Source: Myxococcota bacterium (lineage in GTDB: Bacteria; Myxococcota_A; Polyangia; Polyangiales; Sandaracinaceae). From it: a stretch of DNA of 27,334 nt. The stretch spans positions 1-27,334 of the forward strand of contig JAYZQJ010000150.1 in the NCBI GenBank assembly GCA_036149055.1. The letters are read 5' to 3'. A program made the position numbers and the translations under genes. This document shows, piece after piece, positions 17,065 to 25,243 of the stretch. Within the stretch, counting starts at the first letter, position 1. Every line of letters starts with the position of its first letter. Below the pieces are notes generated by a model. That model did not search any database, was not told the DNA's origin, and saw only the letters and a program-made list of their open reading frames with translations.

Positions 17065-18972
17065 GTGGACGGCGCCACCGACACGGGACCCCGCCTCCCC
17101 GAGCTGCGCACCAAGCTCGACGTCGCCCTGACGGGCTTGCGCGCCATCGTGGATCCGGCGGTGCCGGTCGCCCACGCGGAGCGGGCGCTCGGCGAGGCGC
17201 TCGAGCACGTCTACGCGGCGCTGGCCGACCTCGGCGACCACGCCACGTTCCAGGGCGAGACCCGCGCGGCGGTCGAGGACGTGCGGGCGGCGCTGGCGCA
17301 CCTGATGGCGGCTCCGTCGGCGGACGCCGGGGTCGACCAGGTCGCGGCCGCGGTGGCGGAGGCGCTCGGCGGCCTGCAAGGGGTGACCTGGGCGCTGGCC
17401 CCCGGCATCGAGCTGCCTCGCGCCGACCGCGCGACGCCCTTCCTGCGCGCCTCCGTCCAGGTGCCGCGCCTGCTCGAGCTCGGCCGCGCGGTCCTGCGTC
17501 CGGCGATCCCGCTCGACGCGCCTCCGTTCGCGCTCCCGGAGCCCGCCCCCGAGGTCCTGCCGGCCGCCGGTCTCTCGCTGGAGGCGCTCCGCGAGCGCAT
17601 GGCGGCCCACGCCGCGCGGCTCGAGGAGCTCGCGAAACCGAAACCCGCGCCTGCGCCCGAGCCCGAGCCCGAGCCCGAGCCGCGCGCCGACGACGCGCTG
17701 ATCCGGGAGCGCTTCGGTGTCGCGATCACGGACGAGGCGCTCCTGACCGAGCGCGCGCGCGACTGCATGGACGACCTCGGGATGCTGGGCCGCATGCGAC
17801 GGCAGGGCGACCTGGAGCCCTGGGCCGCCGGTGAGGAGTGCGAGCGCCGCATGTTGACCAAGGTCGACGCGATCGCGGCCTGCGGCGCGTCGGTGTTCCC
17901 GCACCTGGTGCACCTCTTGGACGACCGCCCGCTGCCCGACCCGGAGATGACCTTCGGCAACGTCTACTTCTTCCTCTCCATCGCCGGCGACGACGCCTTC
18001 GACCAGGCGGCGCGCATCCTCGAGACGGCCGAGCTCGGAGAGCCGGGCATGCTCGAGCTCTGCACCGACGCCCTCGTCTTCGCGCCTCACCCCCGCGTCG
18101 ACGCGTTCATGTCGCGCTGGTCGCGGAGCGAGGTGGCGGACCGCCGGGCGCTCGCGGTCGAGGTGCTGCGGCGACGCCGCGCCTTGACGCGAGAGCTCTT
18201 CGACGCGCTCGGGGGAGACGACGACGCGCGCGTCCTCGCCTCGCTCGCCCGGGCCCTGCCCTTCCTGCCGGGTGGCGCCCCCCCGGGAGCGCTCGGCTGG
18301 TTCTTGCAGCGCTCGGAGGAGCCGGTCGTGCGCGCCGCCATGGAGTCGGCGATGCGGCTGCGCCAGGTCTCCGGCTACGAGCGCGCGGTGCAGATCACGA
18401 GCGCTCGCGACGGCGCCTGGGCGGAGGCGGTGCTCTTCGTCGGGATCTCCGGCGGCCCCGAGGTCCGCGCGGTGCTCGAGGACGACATCGCGTCCGCGGG
18501 ATCCAACACGGCCCTCCGCGCCATCGGTTGGTACGGCGACCCGACCTTCGTGCCGTTCCTCCTCGGGCGCCTCCGGCATGGAGACGAGGGTGCGCAGGCG
18601 GCGGCGCTCGAGGCGCTGGAGCGGATCACCGGCGCGTCCATCGTCGACGCGTCCCTCGAGGCGGAGCACGCGCGCGGCGAGGAGCCGTTCGTCGGACGCC
18701 GCCCCCCCTACGAAGAGCCCGGAATCCTCGACGGCGATCCCGACGCGTGGCAGGCGTGGTGGGAGCGCTGGGGCCGCGCCGCCGAGCCCGAGGGCCGCTA
18801 CCGCTTCGGGCGCCCCTGGACGCCGACCGCCTCGTACGAGGAGGTCCTCCGCGAGACGTCACTCCAGCGCGACCGCCCCTGGGCCGTCATGGAGCTCGCC
18901 ACGCGCGGAGGGCGCCCGCTGCCGCTCGACTGGCACGACCTCATCGTCCGTCAGCGCGCCGCCGCCAGGTAG
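17065..18972 (+). CDS. TIGR02270-like HEAT/ARM-repeat helical protein
   Basis: Ala/Leu-rich helical repeats; ALRAIGWYGDPTFVPFLL, AALEALERITG, DPDAWQAWW and RYRFGRPW are typical of the TIGR02270 family found in DUF2169/DUF4150 loci. GTG lies 1 nt after the previous stop. Confidence 0.7.
   Translation: MDGATDTGPRLPELRTKLDVALTGLRAIVDPAVPVAHAERALGEALEHVYAALADLGDHATFQGETRAAVEDVRAALAHLMAAPSADAGVDQVAAAVAEALGGLQGVTWALAPGIELPRADRATPFLRASVQVPRLLELGRAVLRPAIPLDAPPFALPEPAPEVLPAAGLSLEALRERMAAHAARLEELAKPKPAPAPEPEPEPEPRADDALIRERFGVAITDEALLTERARDCMDDLGMLGRMRRQGDLEPWAAGEECERRMLTKVDAIAACGASVFPHLVHLLDDRPLPDPEMTFGNVYFFLSIAGDDAFDQAARILETAELGEPGMLELCTDALVFAPHPRVDAFMSRWSRSEVADRRALAVEVLRRRRALTRELFDALGGDDDARVLASLARALPFLPGGAPPGALGWFLQRSEEPVVRAAMESAMRLRQVSGYERAVQITSARDGAWAEAVLFVGISGGPEVRAVLEDDIASAGSNTALRAIGWYGDPTFVPFLLGRLRHGDEGAQAAALEALERITGASIVDASLEAEHARGEEPFVGRRPPYEEPGILDGDPDAWQAWWERWGRAAEPEGRYRFGRPWTPTASYEEVLRETSLQRDRPWAVMELATRGGRPLPLDWHDLIVRQRAAAR
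17656..17679 (+). repeat. In-frame hexamer tandem repeat (CCCGAG)x4 encoding a Pro-Glu linker
   Basis: cccgag x4 read directly; translates within KPKPAPAPEPEPEPEP. Confidence 0.8.
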
Positions 18973-18984
18973 TCGGCGGGCCGG

Positions 18985-19914
18985 TCAACGCCAGTGCTCG
19001 GGCGCCGCGAAGCGGTGGACCCATCCGCGCGCGTCGTCCTCGCCCCAGCGTCCGCCGAACCGAGCGGGCTCGGGGTCGAGGTAGCGGTCGAGGCGCTGGG
19101 CGACCTCCGCGAGCGCGAGCGGGAGCTCCATCTGATTGACGTCGGCGAGCTCGGGCGACGCGCCCGCGCGGATCAACGTGCCTCGCGAGAGCTGGAAGAC
19201 CTTCACGTCCTCGTGGTCGAAGGTGAGCTCGGCGAGCGAGCCCGCCCGTTCGCGGGGCAGCAGGTCGGGCCCGAGCAGGCTCAACCAGGCGGGGGAAGGG
19301 AGCCAACGCAGCGCCGCCTTGGCCGCCTTGGCGGGCCGGGGCACGTCCAGGCCGAGGTAGCGCTTGCACATGCCGTAGAGCGCGTCGTCGGCCGTGCCGC
19401 CGAGGCCCGGCGCGACGCTCGCGATCCAGCCCGCGGTCGCGCAGCGGATGGGGTGCAGCTGGCCGATCTCGAGGGCGAGCGCGAGCAGCTCGTCGGCCGG
19501 GAACTCGCGCGGGAAGATCAGCTGCGCCCAGCCCGCGTGCCGAGCGCGCGCCGGGTCGACCTCGTGGTACCGGAAGGCGACGACCGGGGCGAGGCGGTCA
19601 TCGGCCACCTCGAAGGTGAAGAGGTGGCGGACGCGCCCGAGCACCCGGTCCGCGACCAGGTGATTGCGGAGCGCGTCGATCTCGGTGTCCACCCGCGCCT
19701 CCCAGCGGTGCATCATCGACGTCGTGAACCAGCCGAGCGCCGCGGGATCGACCCGGCGCAGGAACGCGTCGAAGAGCGCGGGCGCGCCCTCCGCGCTCCA
19801 GTGGAGACCGTCGCTGAAGTAGACCGTCAGGCCCTTGGCCACCCGGACGATCGACAGCTCGCGGTCCGCGTCGAGGACCGCGCGCTTCGGCGTCAGCGAG
19901 GGCGCCTCGTCCAC
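18985..19914 (-). CDS. DUF3396 (TsiV-like) type VI immunity family protein
   Basis: RYLGLDVP, SPAWLSLLG, TLIRAGASPELADVN...LP and the terminal RGWVHRF match the DUF3396 pattern. GTG start 1 nt after the upstream stop. Confidence 0.8.
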   Translation of the reverse strand: MDEAPSLTPKRAVLDADRELSIVRVAKGLTVYFSDGLHWSAEGAPALFDAFLRRVDPAALGWFTTSMMHRWEARVDTEIDALRNHLVADRVLGRVRHLFTFEVADDRLAPVVAFRYHEVDPARARHAGWAQLIFPREFPADELLALALEIGQLHPIRCATAGWIASVAPGLGGTADDALYGMCKRYLGLDVPRPAKAAKAALRWLPSPAWLSLLGPDLLPRERAGSLAELTFDHEDVKVFQLSRGTLIRAGASPELADVNQMELPLALAEVAQRLDRYLDPEPARFGGRWGEDDARGWVHRFAAPEHWR

Positions 19915-19915
19915 G

Positions 19916-20317
19916 TCACGGCTCCAGCGCGACCTCGGCCATCGTCTGCAGCATCTCGGCTGCGTCCTTCTGGTCCGGGGTCCCGTTCGCCACGTAGTGA
20001 TCGATGAACCCGAGCAGCGGGGTGCGCTGGATCTCGGCGAGCGGGATGGCGAACACGCCGTCGAGCTGCTCGTCCGCGTTCGGCGTCACCACGGTGGCGG
20101 GATCCGCCTCGTATTCGACGACCATCCACTGATCGAGCTCGGGAGTGGTCTCCGGGTCGGTCAGGAGCCCCAGCATCACGTGATCCCGCATGAGGCCCTC
20201 CGGTGTGGAGAAGGCGTAGGCCGCATCTGGAGACAATCGCTCCCCGTTGCACGTGCGTCGCTCACGAACGTCCGCAGGCTTTCCGTCCTTGCGGGTCCTC
20301 GAGAAGTACCGAGCCAT
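19916..20317 (-). CDS. Hypothetical protein (133 aa), candidate immunity or accessory factor
   Basis: ATG preceded by GGGGGAG RBS; coupled to the DUF3396 gene; basic N-terminus, acidic body; atypical codon use at the 5' end. Confidence 0.7.
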   Translation of the reverse strand: MARYFSRTRKDGKPADVRERRTCNGERLSPDAAYAFSTPEGLMRDHVMLGLLTDPETTPELDQWMVVEYEADPATVVTPNADEQLDGVFAIPLAEIQRTPLLGFIDHYVANGTPDQKDAAEMLQTMAEVALEP

Positions 20318-20395
20318 CGCGTCTCCCCCGGGTTAGAATGACGAGGTCGGCAGTATCGGCAAACGAACGATCCCGTCAAGCGAGACCGCCGACCG

Positions 20396-21694
20396 ATGAC
20401 GACGCCCGCTCCGCACACCCCGATCAACATGGTGAAGGGGGGCAACAGTCTCTTCTTCTCCGCCCAGTGCGTCGCGCTGCTCGCCAAGTGCGGCTACTCG
20501 CCCGACGACTTCGGGACGTACGATCAGGTTCAGAAGCGTTGCTCTCAGGCGCGCGACAAGTGCGCGACCTTCGACGCGCAGAAGAAGGCGCGCGAGGAGG
20601 CGATCGCGCGCGGAGTCCCGGAGAGCGAGGCGCCCGCGGTCACGGCTCCGGAGCCCAGCGACCACGAGCGCTTCCTGGCCAGCTGCCAGTCCGGGCACAT
20701 CGCGCAGGACGCGTCCATGCGGAACAGCACCGACGGTGACGGCAACGCCGGCCGCGGCAACCCCTGCGCGAACGACGGGCGCGTGGACGGCTACGAGACC
20801 CGCCTCGCGCCTTGCATGCCGCATCAGGGCGCGGCGGACGAGCCCGGCAGCCAACACCACCTGGTCAGCAACCTGGAGAACTCGCAGCCGGTGTCGGACG
20901 GCGCCAGCCGCGGCAGCGACTACGACCCGACCAAGCTCGACGCCGACTGTCAGGCGCGCACCGACCAGGCGCTGCAGTGGCGCGAGGAGACGGCGGGCGA
21001 CTGGAACCTCGCCGCGGACAACGGGAAGCCCGGCGAGCAGCCGGAGATCACCGACGCCAGCGCGGCGGCGTACTTCGAGGGGACCGATCCGAAGAAGTCG
21101 GCCGAGCTCCAGGGAACGCCCAAGGAGCTGACCGGCGACACCGCCGCAGAGTGCATCGAGTCGTTCCGCAAGGCCGGCGAAGCCGAGATGAAGGCCAAGT
21201 GCGCGCGCGACGTGGAGAAGAACGAGGCGATCGCCAACGGTGGCGAGGGGAAGACCGCAGAGGAAGGCGCGGCTCATCGCGAGCGGCTGAAGACTCAGGC
21301 AGAGACCGATGCGGCGGAGGCGGAGAAACGAAAGGGCGAAATGCACACCGCAAACCGCTCTCGCGGGCAGCGGCAGCGCGCCCTGAACGACGCCATCGCC
21401 GACTACCGCGCGAACCCGACGCCCGAGAACAAGGCCAAGCTGAAGGAGAAGGCCGCGAACTACGCACAGTCGAACCGTGACGCGCGAGACGCCGCGGAGC
21501 GGTACGACTCGGCGGCCGCGACCGCGAGTGACTCACGGCGCGCTCACAACCGCGCCCGGTACGCGGAGTGTCGGCGTGAGCAGGGGGAGCGCATGAACGA
21601 GGACGGGACCGGCGGCAGTCACAACCCGCGTGTCCCCGGCTACAACACCTTCGCCGACCCCAGCCCCAGCAGCGGCGGCGCGAGCGGGACCTGA
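20396..21694 (+). CDS. Candidate effector: variant HNH/EndoVII-like (Tox-GHH2/SHH-type) nuclease region plus C-terminal coiled coil
   Basis: FGTY...CQSGHIAQD...GR...GYETRLAPCMPHQG...GSQHHLV...ECIESF follows the motif order of GHH2/SHH toxins; 11 Cys; located in a vgrG/PAAR locus. The CDS is solid; the function is inferred. Confidence 0.6.
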   Translation: MTTPAPHTPINMVKGGNSLFFSAQCVALLAKCGYSPDDFGTYDQVQKRCSQARDKCATFDAQKKAREEAIARGVPESEAPAVTAPEPSDHERFLASCQSGHIAQDASMRNSTDGDGNAGRGNPCANDGRVDGYETRLAPCMPHQGAADEPGSQHHLVSNLENSQPVSDGASRGSDYDPTKLDADCQARTDQALQWREETAGDWNLAADNGKPGEQPEITDASAAAYFEGTDPKKSAELQGTPKELTGDTAAECIESFRKAGEAEMKAKCARDVEKNEAIANGGEGKTAEEGAAHRERLKTQAETDAAEAEKRKGEMHTANRSRGQRQRALNDAIADYRANPTPENKAKLKEKAANYAQSNRDARDAAERYDSAAATASDSRRAHNRARYAECRREQGERMNEDGTGGSHNPRVPGYNTFADPSPSSGGASGT

Positions 21695-22620
21695 TGGACG
21701 ACCTCTCCTACCAGTACAAGTACAACCACGCGCGGGGGCCGAGCCACGACGACTGCGTCTGCGCGGGCTACCGGTGGGCCGCGGACGCGCCGATGGTCGA
21801 CGACCTGACCGAGTCGAGCGTGCTTCGGATCCGCGGCGGGCAAGTGGAGCGCATGCTCCGCGTGGCCGGGATCGTCACCGGGGTGTGGCGCTCGCCGGCG
21901 GGGGTGGTGTTCGCCTCGCTCATCGACGGCCGGCTCTTCTGGCGGCCTCAGGACGACGTCGGCGCGCCGTGGCACGAGCACGACACCGGCGGGAGCCTCA
22001 GCTTCGTCTGGGGGCTGCGCGAGGACCTCGTCTTCGCGGGAGGTCTCCGCGCCGGCCGGCCGGTGATGTTCCGCGCCGACGGCCGGGACCCGACCCACAC
22101 GGCATGGACCGAGGTCGCCTGCGACGGCCACCCGACCTGTGTGCACGGCGTGCACGAGGATCTGCTCTTCGCGGTGGGCTACGACGGCTTCATCGGGCGC
22201 TGGAACGGCACCGCCTTCCGCGCCCTCGGCTCCCCGGTGCAGGCGCCGCTGGCGAGCGTGCACGTGGTGGACGCCGGGGAGGCGCACGCGTGTGGCCCCC
22301 GCGGTCACGTGCTCGAGGGGAGCGCGCACGGCTGGGTCGAGCGCCTCGTGGCTCCGCACCCGTTCTCGGCGGTGCGCAAGTGGGGCGGCAAGCTCTGGCT
22401 CGCGGCCGCCGACGACGGGCTGATGACGCTGGGCGACGACGACGCGCTCGAGGTGGCGCGCGACGACATCCGCGCCCGCTCGCTCGACGCCGGGGAGCGC
22501 CTGCTGGCGGCGGCCCCCGATCGCGTCACGAGCACGGCGGACGGCGCGACCTTCGCCGGCTGGGCGGTGGACGGGCTGGTGAACGCGCTGGCCGGGACGC
22601 GACCGGCGTGGCGGATGTGA
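21694..22620 (+). CDS. WD40/BNR-like beta-propeller protein, candidate immunity or chaperone
   Basis: Repeated blades (SFVWGLREDLVFAGG, TCVHGVHEDLLFAVGYDGFIGRWNGTAF, ASVHVVDAGEAHACGPRGHVL). TGATG overlap with the upstream toxin candidate; no signal peptide. Confidence 0.7.
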   Translation: MDDLSYQYKYNHARGPSHDDCVCAGYRWAADAPMVDDLTESSVLRIRGGQVERMLRVAGIVTGVWRSPAGVVFASLIDGRLFWRPQDDVGAPWHEHDTGGSLSFVWGLREDLVFAGGLRAGRPVMFRADGRDPTHTAWTEVACDGHPTCVHGVHEDLLFAVGYDGFIGRWNGTAFRALGSPVQAPLASVHVVDAGEAHACGPRGHVLEGSAHGWVERLVAPHPFSAVRKWGGKLWLAAADDGLMTLGDDDALEVARDDIRARSLDAGERLLAAAPDRVTSTADGATFAGWAVDGLVNALAGTRPAWRM

Positions 22621-22967
22621 GCGGCCGTCGCTACACGCCCGACCACGTCTGGATCGACGACGCCGGCCGGGTGGGCGTGACCGCGCATCTGCTCCGGCGC
22701 CTCCCGGAGCTGGTGGCGCTTCACCTGCCCGACGTGGGCGTCGAGGTGCGCACCGCGGAGCCCTTCGGGGCCCTGGAGGCCGACAAGGGCGCGTTCGATC
22801 TCCATGCCCCGTGCGACGGGGTGGTGCGCGAGCGGAACCCGGTCGAGCCCGCCGCGCTCGACGGCGACACCTGGCTCGTGCGCCTCGAGGGGCGTCCTGG
22901 ACGCCTCCTCGACCGGGACGCCTACGCGGCGCGCCGCGGCCCGGTCAGGCTGGCGCGCGAGCGTTGA
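22617..22967 (+). CDS. gcvH: Glycine cleavage H-protein-like lipoyl carrier (116 aa, divergent)
   Basis: RYTPDHVW...RVGVT...LHLPDVG...FGALEADKGAFDLHAPCDGVVRERN...WLVRL...LLDRDAY, with the lipoyl Lys retained (EADK vs ESVK). GTGA overlap with the propeller gene; C-terminal part of ORF 21630..22967. Confidence 0.8.
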   Translation: MSGRRYTPDHVWIDDAGRVGVTAHLLRRLPELVALHLPDVGVEVRTAEPFGALEADKGAFDLHAPCDGVVRERNPVEPAALDGDTWLVRLEGRPGRLLDRDAYAARRGPVRLARER

Positions 22968-23094
22968 ACGGGAAGCCCCGCTGGCTCGAGAGGTGGCAAA
23001 CGATGGCGCAGGGGCACCCCGGCCCCCTACTACGACGACCGACCCGAGACGACGGCAGGCGACGAGCGCAGCGAGGTCGCCACACGCAAAAAGC

Positions 23095-24204
23095 TCAGCG
23101 AGGAGCGGGCGGCGGGATGGCCTCGAAGAGGACGACGCCGCGCTCCCCCCCGTCGCTCGAGCCAGTGACGAGCACCGTGCGCCCGGCCGGGTCACCGCGG
23201 CGCAGCCCCTCGACGCCGAGCATGACGCCGGTGGGCATGGTCGCCGCGCCCAGCTCCCCGAAGTGGCTCGGCAGCATGTCGAGCGAGCCCTCGGGGGTCA
23301 TCGCCAGGTGCGCGGCGCGCGGCCAGGCGAGCTGCAGCTCCTGGAGGCGGAGGCTCTCCCCCGTGGCGTCGGACAGCCACCAGTCGAGCGCCCGCCCCTC
23401 GTCGACGAGCCGGCGCACGACCGCCACCGCGGCGCGCGAGAGGCCCAGGCCGAGCTGGCCGACGTCGTTGTCGCGCCGGGCGACCTCCTCGTGGGTCGCG
23501 GCCGACAGCAGGCGCGCGGTCGGCTCCACGCCCATCTCGCGGGCGACGTCGGGGCGCGCGAGCACGAGCACGGTCGCCGCCTCGCCGGGCACGAACGCCT
23601 CCCGCCAGTCCGAGTCGAGCACGCGCTCGTCGGCGAAGTGGTGCTCGAGCAGGACCGGGTCGTAGTGGCTGTCGGCGCCGAGCACGAGCCCGAGATCCAG
23701 CTCCCGCTCCTCGAGCGCGCGGCCCAGCCAGAGCGCCGCGTGGGCCATCGACGCGTGCCCCTGATCGTAGGTGCGCGGCTGCACTTCGAGCCCGCGCTCG
23801 AGGAGGGGGCCGACGAGCTCGCTCTCCAGCCGACGGCGGAGCTGCGACGCGCGACGCTCGAGCCCCGGCAGGTCGGCGCGGTCCGAGATGCACAGCGCCA
23901 CCCCGATCCGGGCGGAGGCCGGGATCCGGGAGAGCGTGCGGTCGACCGAGGCGATCGCGCGGGCGGCCATCGCCGCCACCCGATCGACGCCGGTCGTGCG
24001 CGGATCGAGCTGGCGCACCCGGGCGAAGCTCAGCACGTTGCCGCTGGGCAGCCGGAAGGGAGACTCGACGAAGGCGGTGATCTCCGCGCGGCGAAACGCC
24101 CACGTCTGATGCGGGTCGAGCCCGATCGCGTTGCAGGTGCCGACGTCCACCAGCACCGGCTCGCGAGAGCTGCGGGCGCCGAAGTGCGCGACCTCCACGC
24201 TCAT
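23095..24204 (-). CDS. Thiolase/ketoacyl-synthase-fold protein (PRK06147-like), probably non-catalytic T6SS accessory
   Basis: GTCNAIGLD, LVLGADS, FVPGEAATVLVL, GLGLSRAA, SDATGE, FGELGAA and SSDGGERG. ATGA overlap with the DUF2169 stop; C-terminal 369 aa of ORF 23095..25053. Confidence 0.85.
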   Translation of the reverse strand: MSVEVAHFGARSSREPVLVDVGTCNAIGLDPHQTWAFRRAEITAFVESPFRLPSGNVLSFARVRQLDPRTTGVDRVAAMAARAIASVDRTLSRIPASARIGVALCISDRADLPGLERRASQLRRRLESELVGPLLERGLEVQPRTYDQGHASMAHAALWLGRALEERELDLGLVLGADSHYDPVLLEHHFADERVLDSDWREAFVPGEAATVLVLARPDVAREMGVEPTARLLSAATHEEVARRDNDVGQLGLGLSRAAVAVVRRLVDEGRALDWWLSDATGESLRLQELQLAWPRAAHLAMTPEGSLDMLPSHFGELGAATMPTGVMLGVEGLRRGDPAGRTVLVTGSSDGGERGVVLFEAIPPPAPR

Positions 24205-25229
24205 CGGAGCTCCTTCTCGTGCACCTGCACGAAGCGCAGATCGGCCGCGCGGCGCGGCAGCTTCACGACGCTGCGCCAGGTCAGCGTCGCGGCGCGCGCG
24301 TTCGGCTCGAGCAGCACGGTGTCGAGCTGCGGCGGGTGCTCGCTCAGCCGGTCCGCCGTCTGCAGCCCGACGAAGAAGCGCAGCTTCGGCAGCTCGAAGG
24401 CGAACGGCCCCTCCTCGTGCATGCCGGCGACCTCCACCCGCTCGCCACCCTTCAGGGGCGCCGGGGTGATCTGGTCCGGGGGCGCGCACTGGTTGAAGCG
24501 CGGATCGAAGTCGAGCGGCAAAAGCGGCATGCGCTCCTCCATCCAGAGCGCGTCGCAGGTCCCCGCGTACTCCCGCCGCGGCGCGAAGTGCCGCCCGATC
24601 GCGCCCAGCCCGGCGGGCCGAGGGCGGGTGCGCTGGCTCTTGATGAGCTCGCCCGGGTCCTCGACCTGAGGCCCGCGCTGCCCCTCGAGCGCGTCCACCT
24701 CGCGGACCAGCCCGCAGCCGCTCGGGTTGCGCGGCTCCTCGAGCGGCCGCTCGGGGTCGGTCTCGTAGTCGGCGCCGCCCCACGCGTGCTCCCAGCGGAC
24801 GGGGACCGCCTCGAAGGGCTCGGGCGCGGTGAGCGACACCTTGCCGATGCCGGCCTTGTACCAGACGCGGGGGCCGAACACGCGCACGTGTTTCTGCACC
24901 GGGCCGACGCGGACGTGCACGTCGAGCTCTCGGACCGCCTCCCGGTAGGGCGCCATCGCGCTGCCGGCCACGATCACGTCGGTGCTCGGCTTCCGGGTGC
25001 ACAGATCCGTCGGGAAGCGGATGCTGCTCGTCTCGGGCGCGTCCGGGTCCCACGGCTCGTCGGCCACATGGACCTCGGCGCCGCCGGCGCGGCTCACCTC
25101 GCCACGCCGGGAGGCGACGAAGCGCTCCTTGATCAGCACCACGCCGATCAGCGAGCCGTCGACGTCGTCGAAGTGGGGGACCACCTGGACGGTGGCGCGG
25201 GTCCCTTGTCGGAGCGGAGGCGGATCCAC
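24201..25229 (-). CDS. DUF2169 family T6SS accessory/chaperone protein
   Basis: DLCTRKPSTDVIVAGSA, VRVFGPRVW, PEPFEAVPVRWEHAWGG, NPSGCG, PRREYAGT..ALW, LPLDFDPRFNQCAPPDQ, LKGGERV, LDTVLLEP and LTWR. Confidence 0.95.
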   Translation of the reverse strand: MDPPPLRQGTRATVQVVPHFDDVDGSLIGVVLIKERFVASRRGEVSRAGGAEVHVADEPWDPDAPETSSIRFPTDLCTRKPSTDVIVAGSAMAPYREAVRELDVHVRVGPVQKHVRVFGPRVWYKAGIGKVSLTAPEPFEAVPVRWEHAWGGADYETDPERPLEEPRNPSGCGLVREVDALEGQRGPQVEDPGELIKSQRTRPRPAGLGAIGRHFAPRREYAGTCDALWMEERMPLLPLDFDPRFNQCAPPDQITPAPLKGGERVEVAGMHEEGPFAFELPKLRFFVGLQTADRLSEHPPQLDTVLLEPNARAATLTWRSVVKLPRRAADLRFVQVHEKELR

Positions 25230-25243
25230 GAGTCGCCGCGAGG

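Noticed and set aside
22968..23094. 127-bp gap between the convergent gcvH-like and KS-like genes as an ncRNA or terminator
   Set aside because: No convincing stem with a U-tract, repeat or recognisable RNA motif by eye.
22617..24204. Fatty-acid or polyketide mini-cluster (ketosynthase plus carrier protein), or a glycine cleavage operon
   Set aside because: The KS-like protein lacks catalytic residues and is coupled to DUF2169. The carrier is lipoyl-type, on the opposite strand, and no gcvT/gcvP or ACP gene is present.
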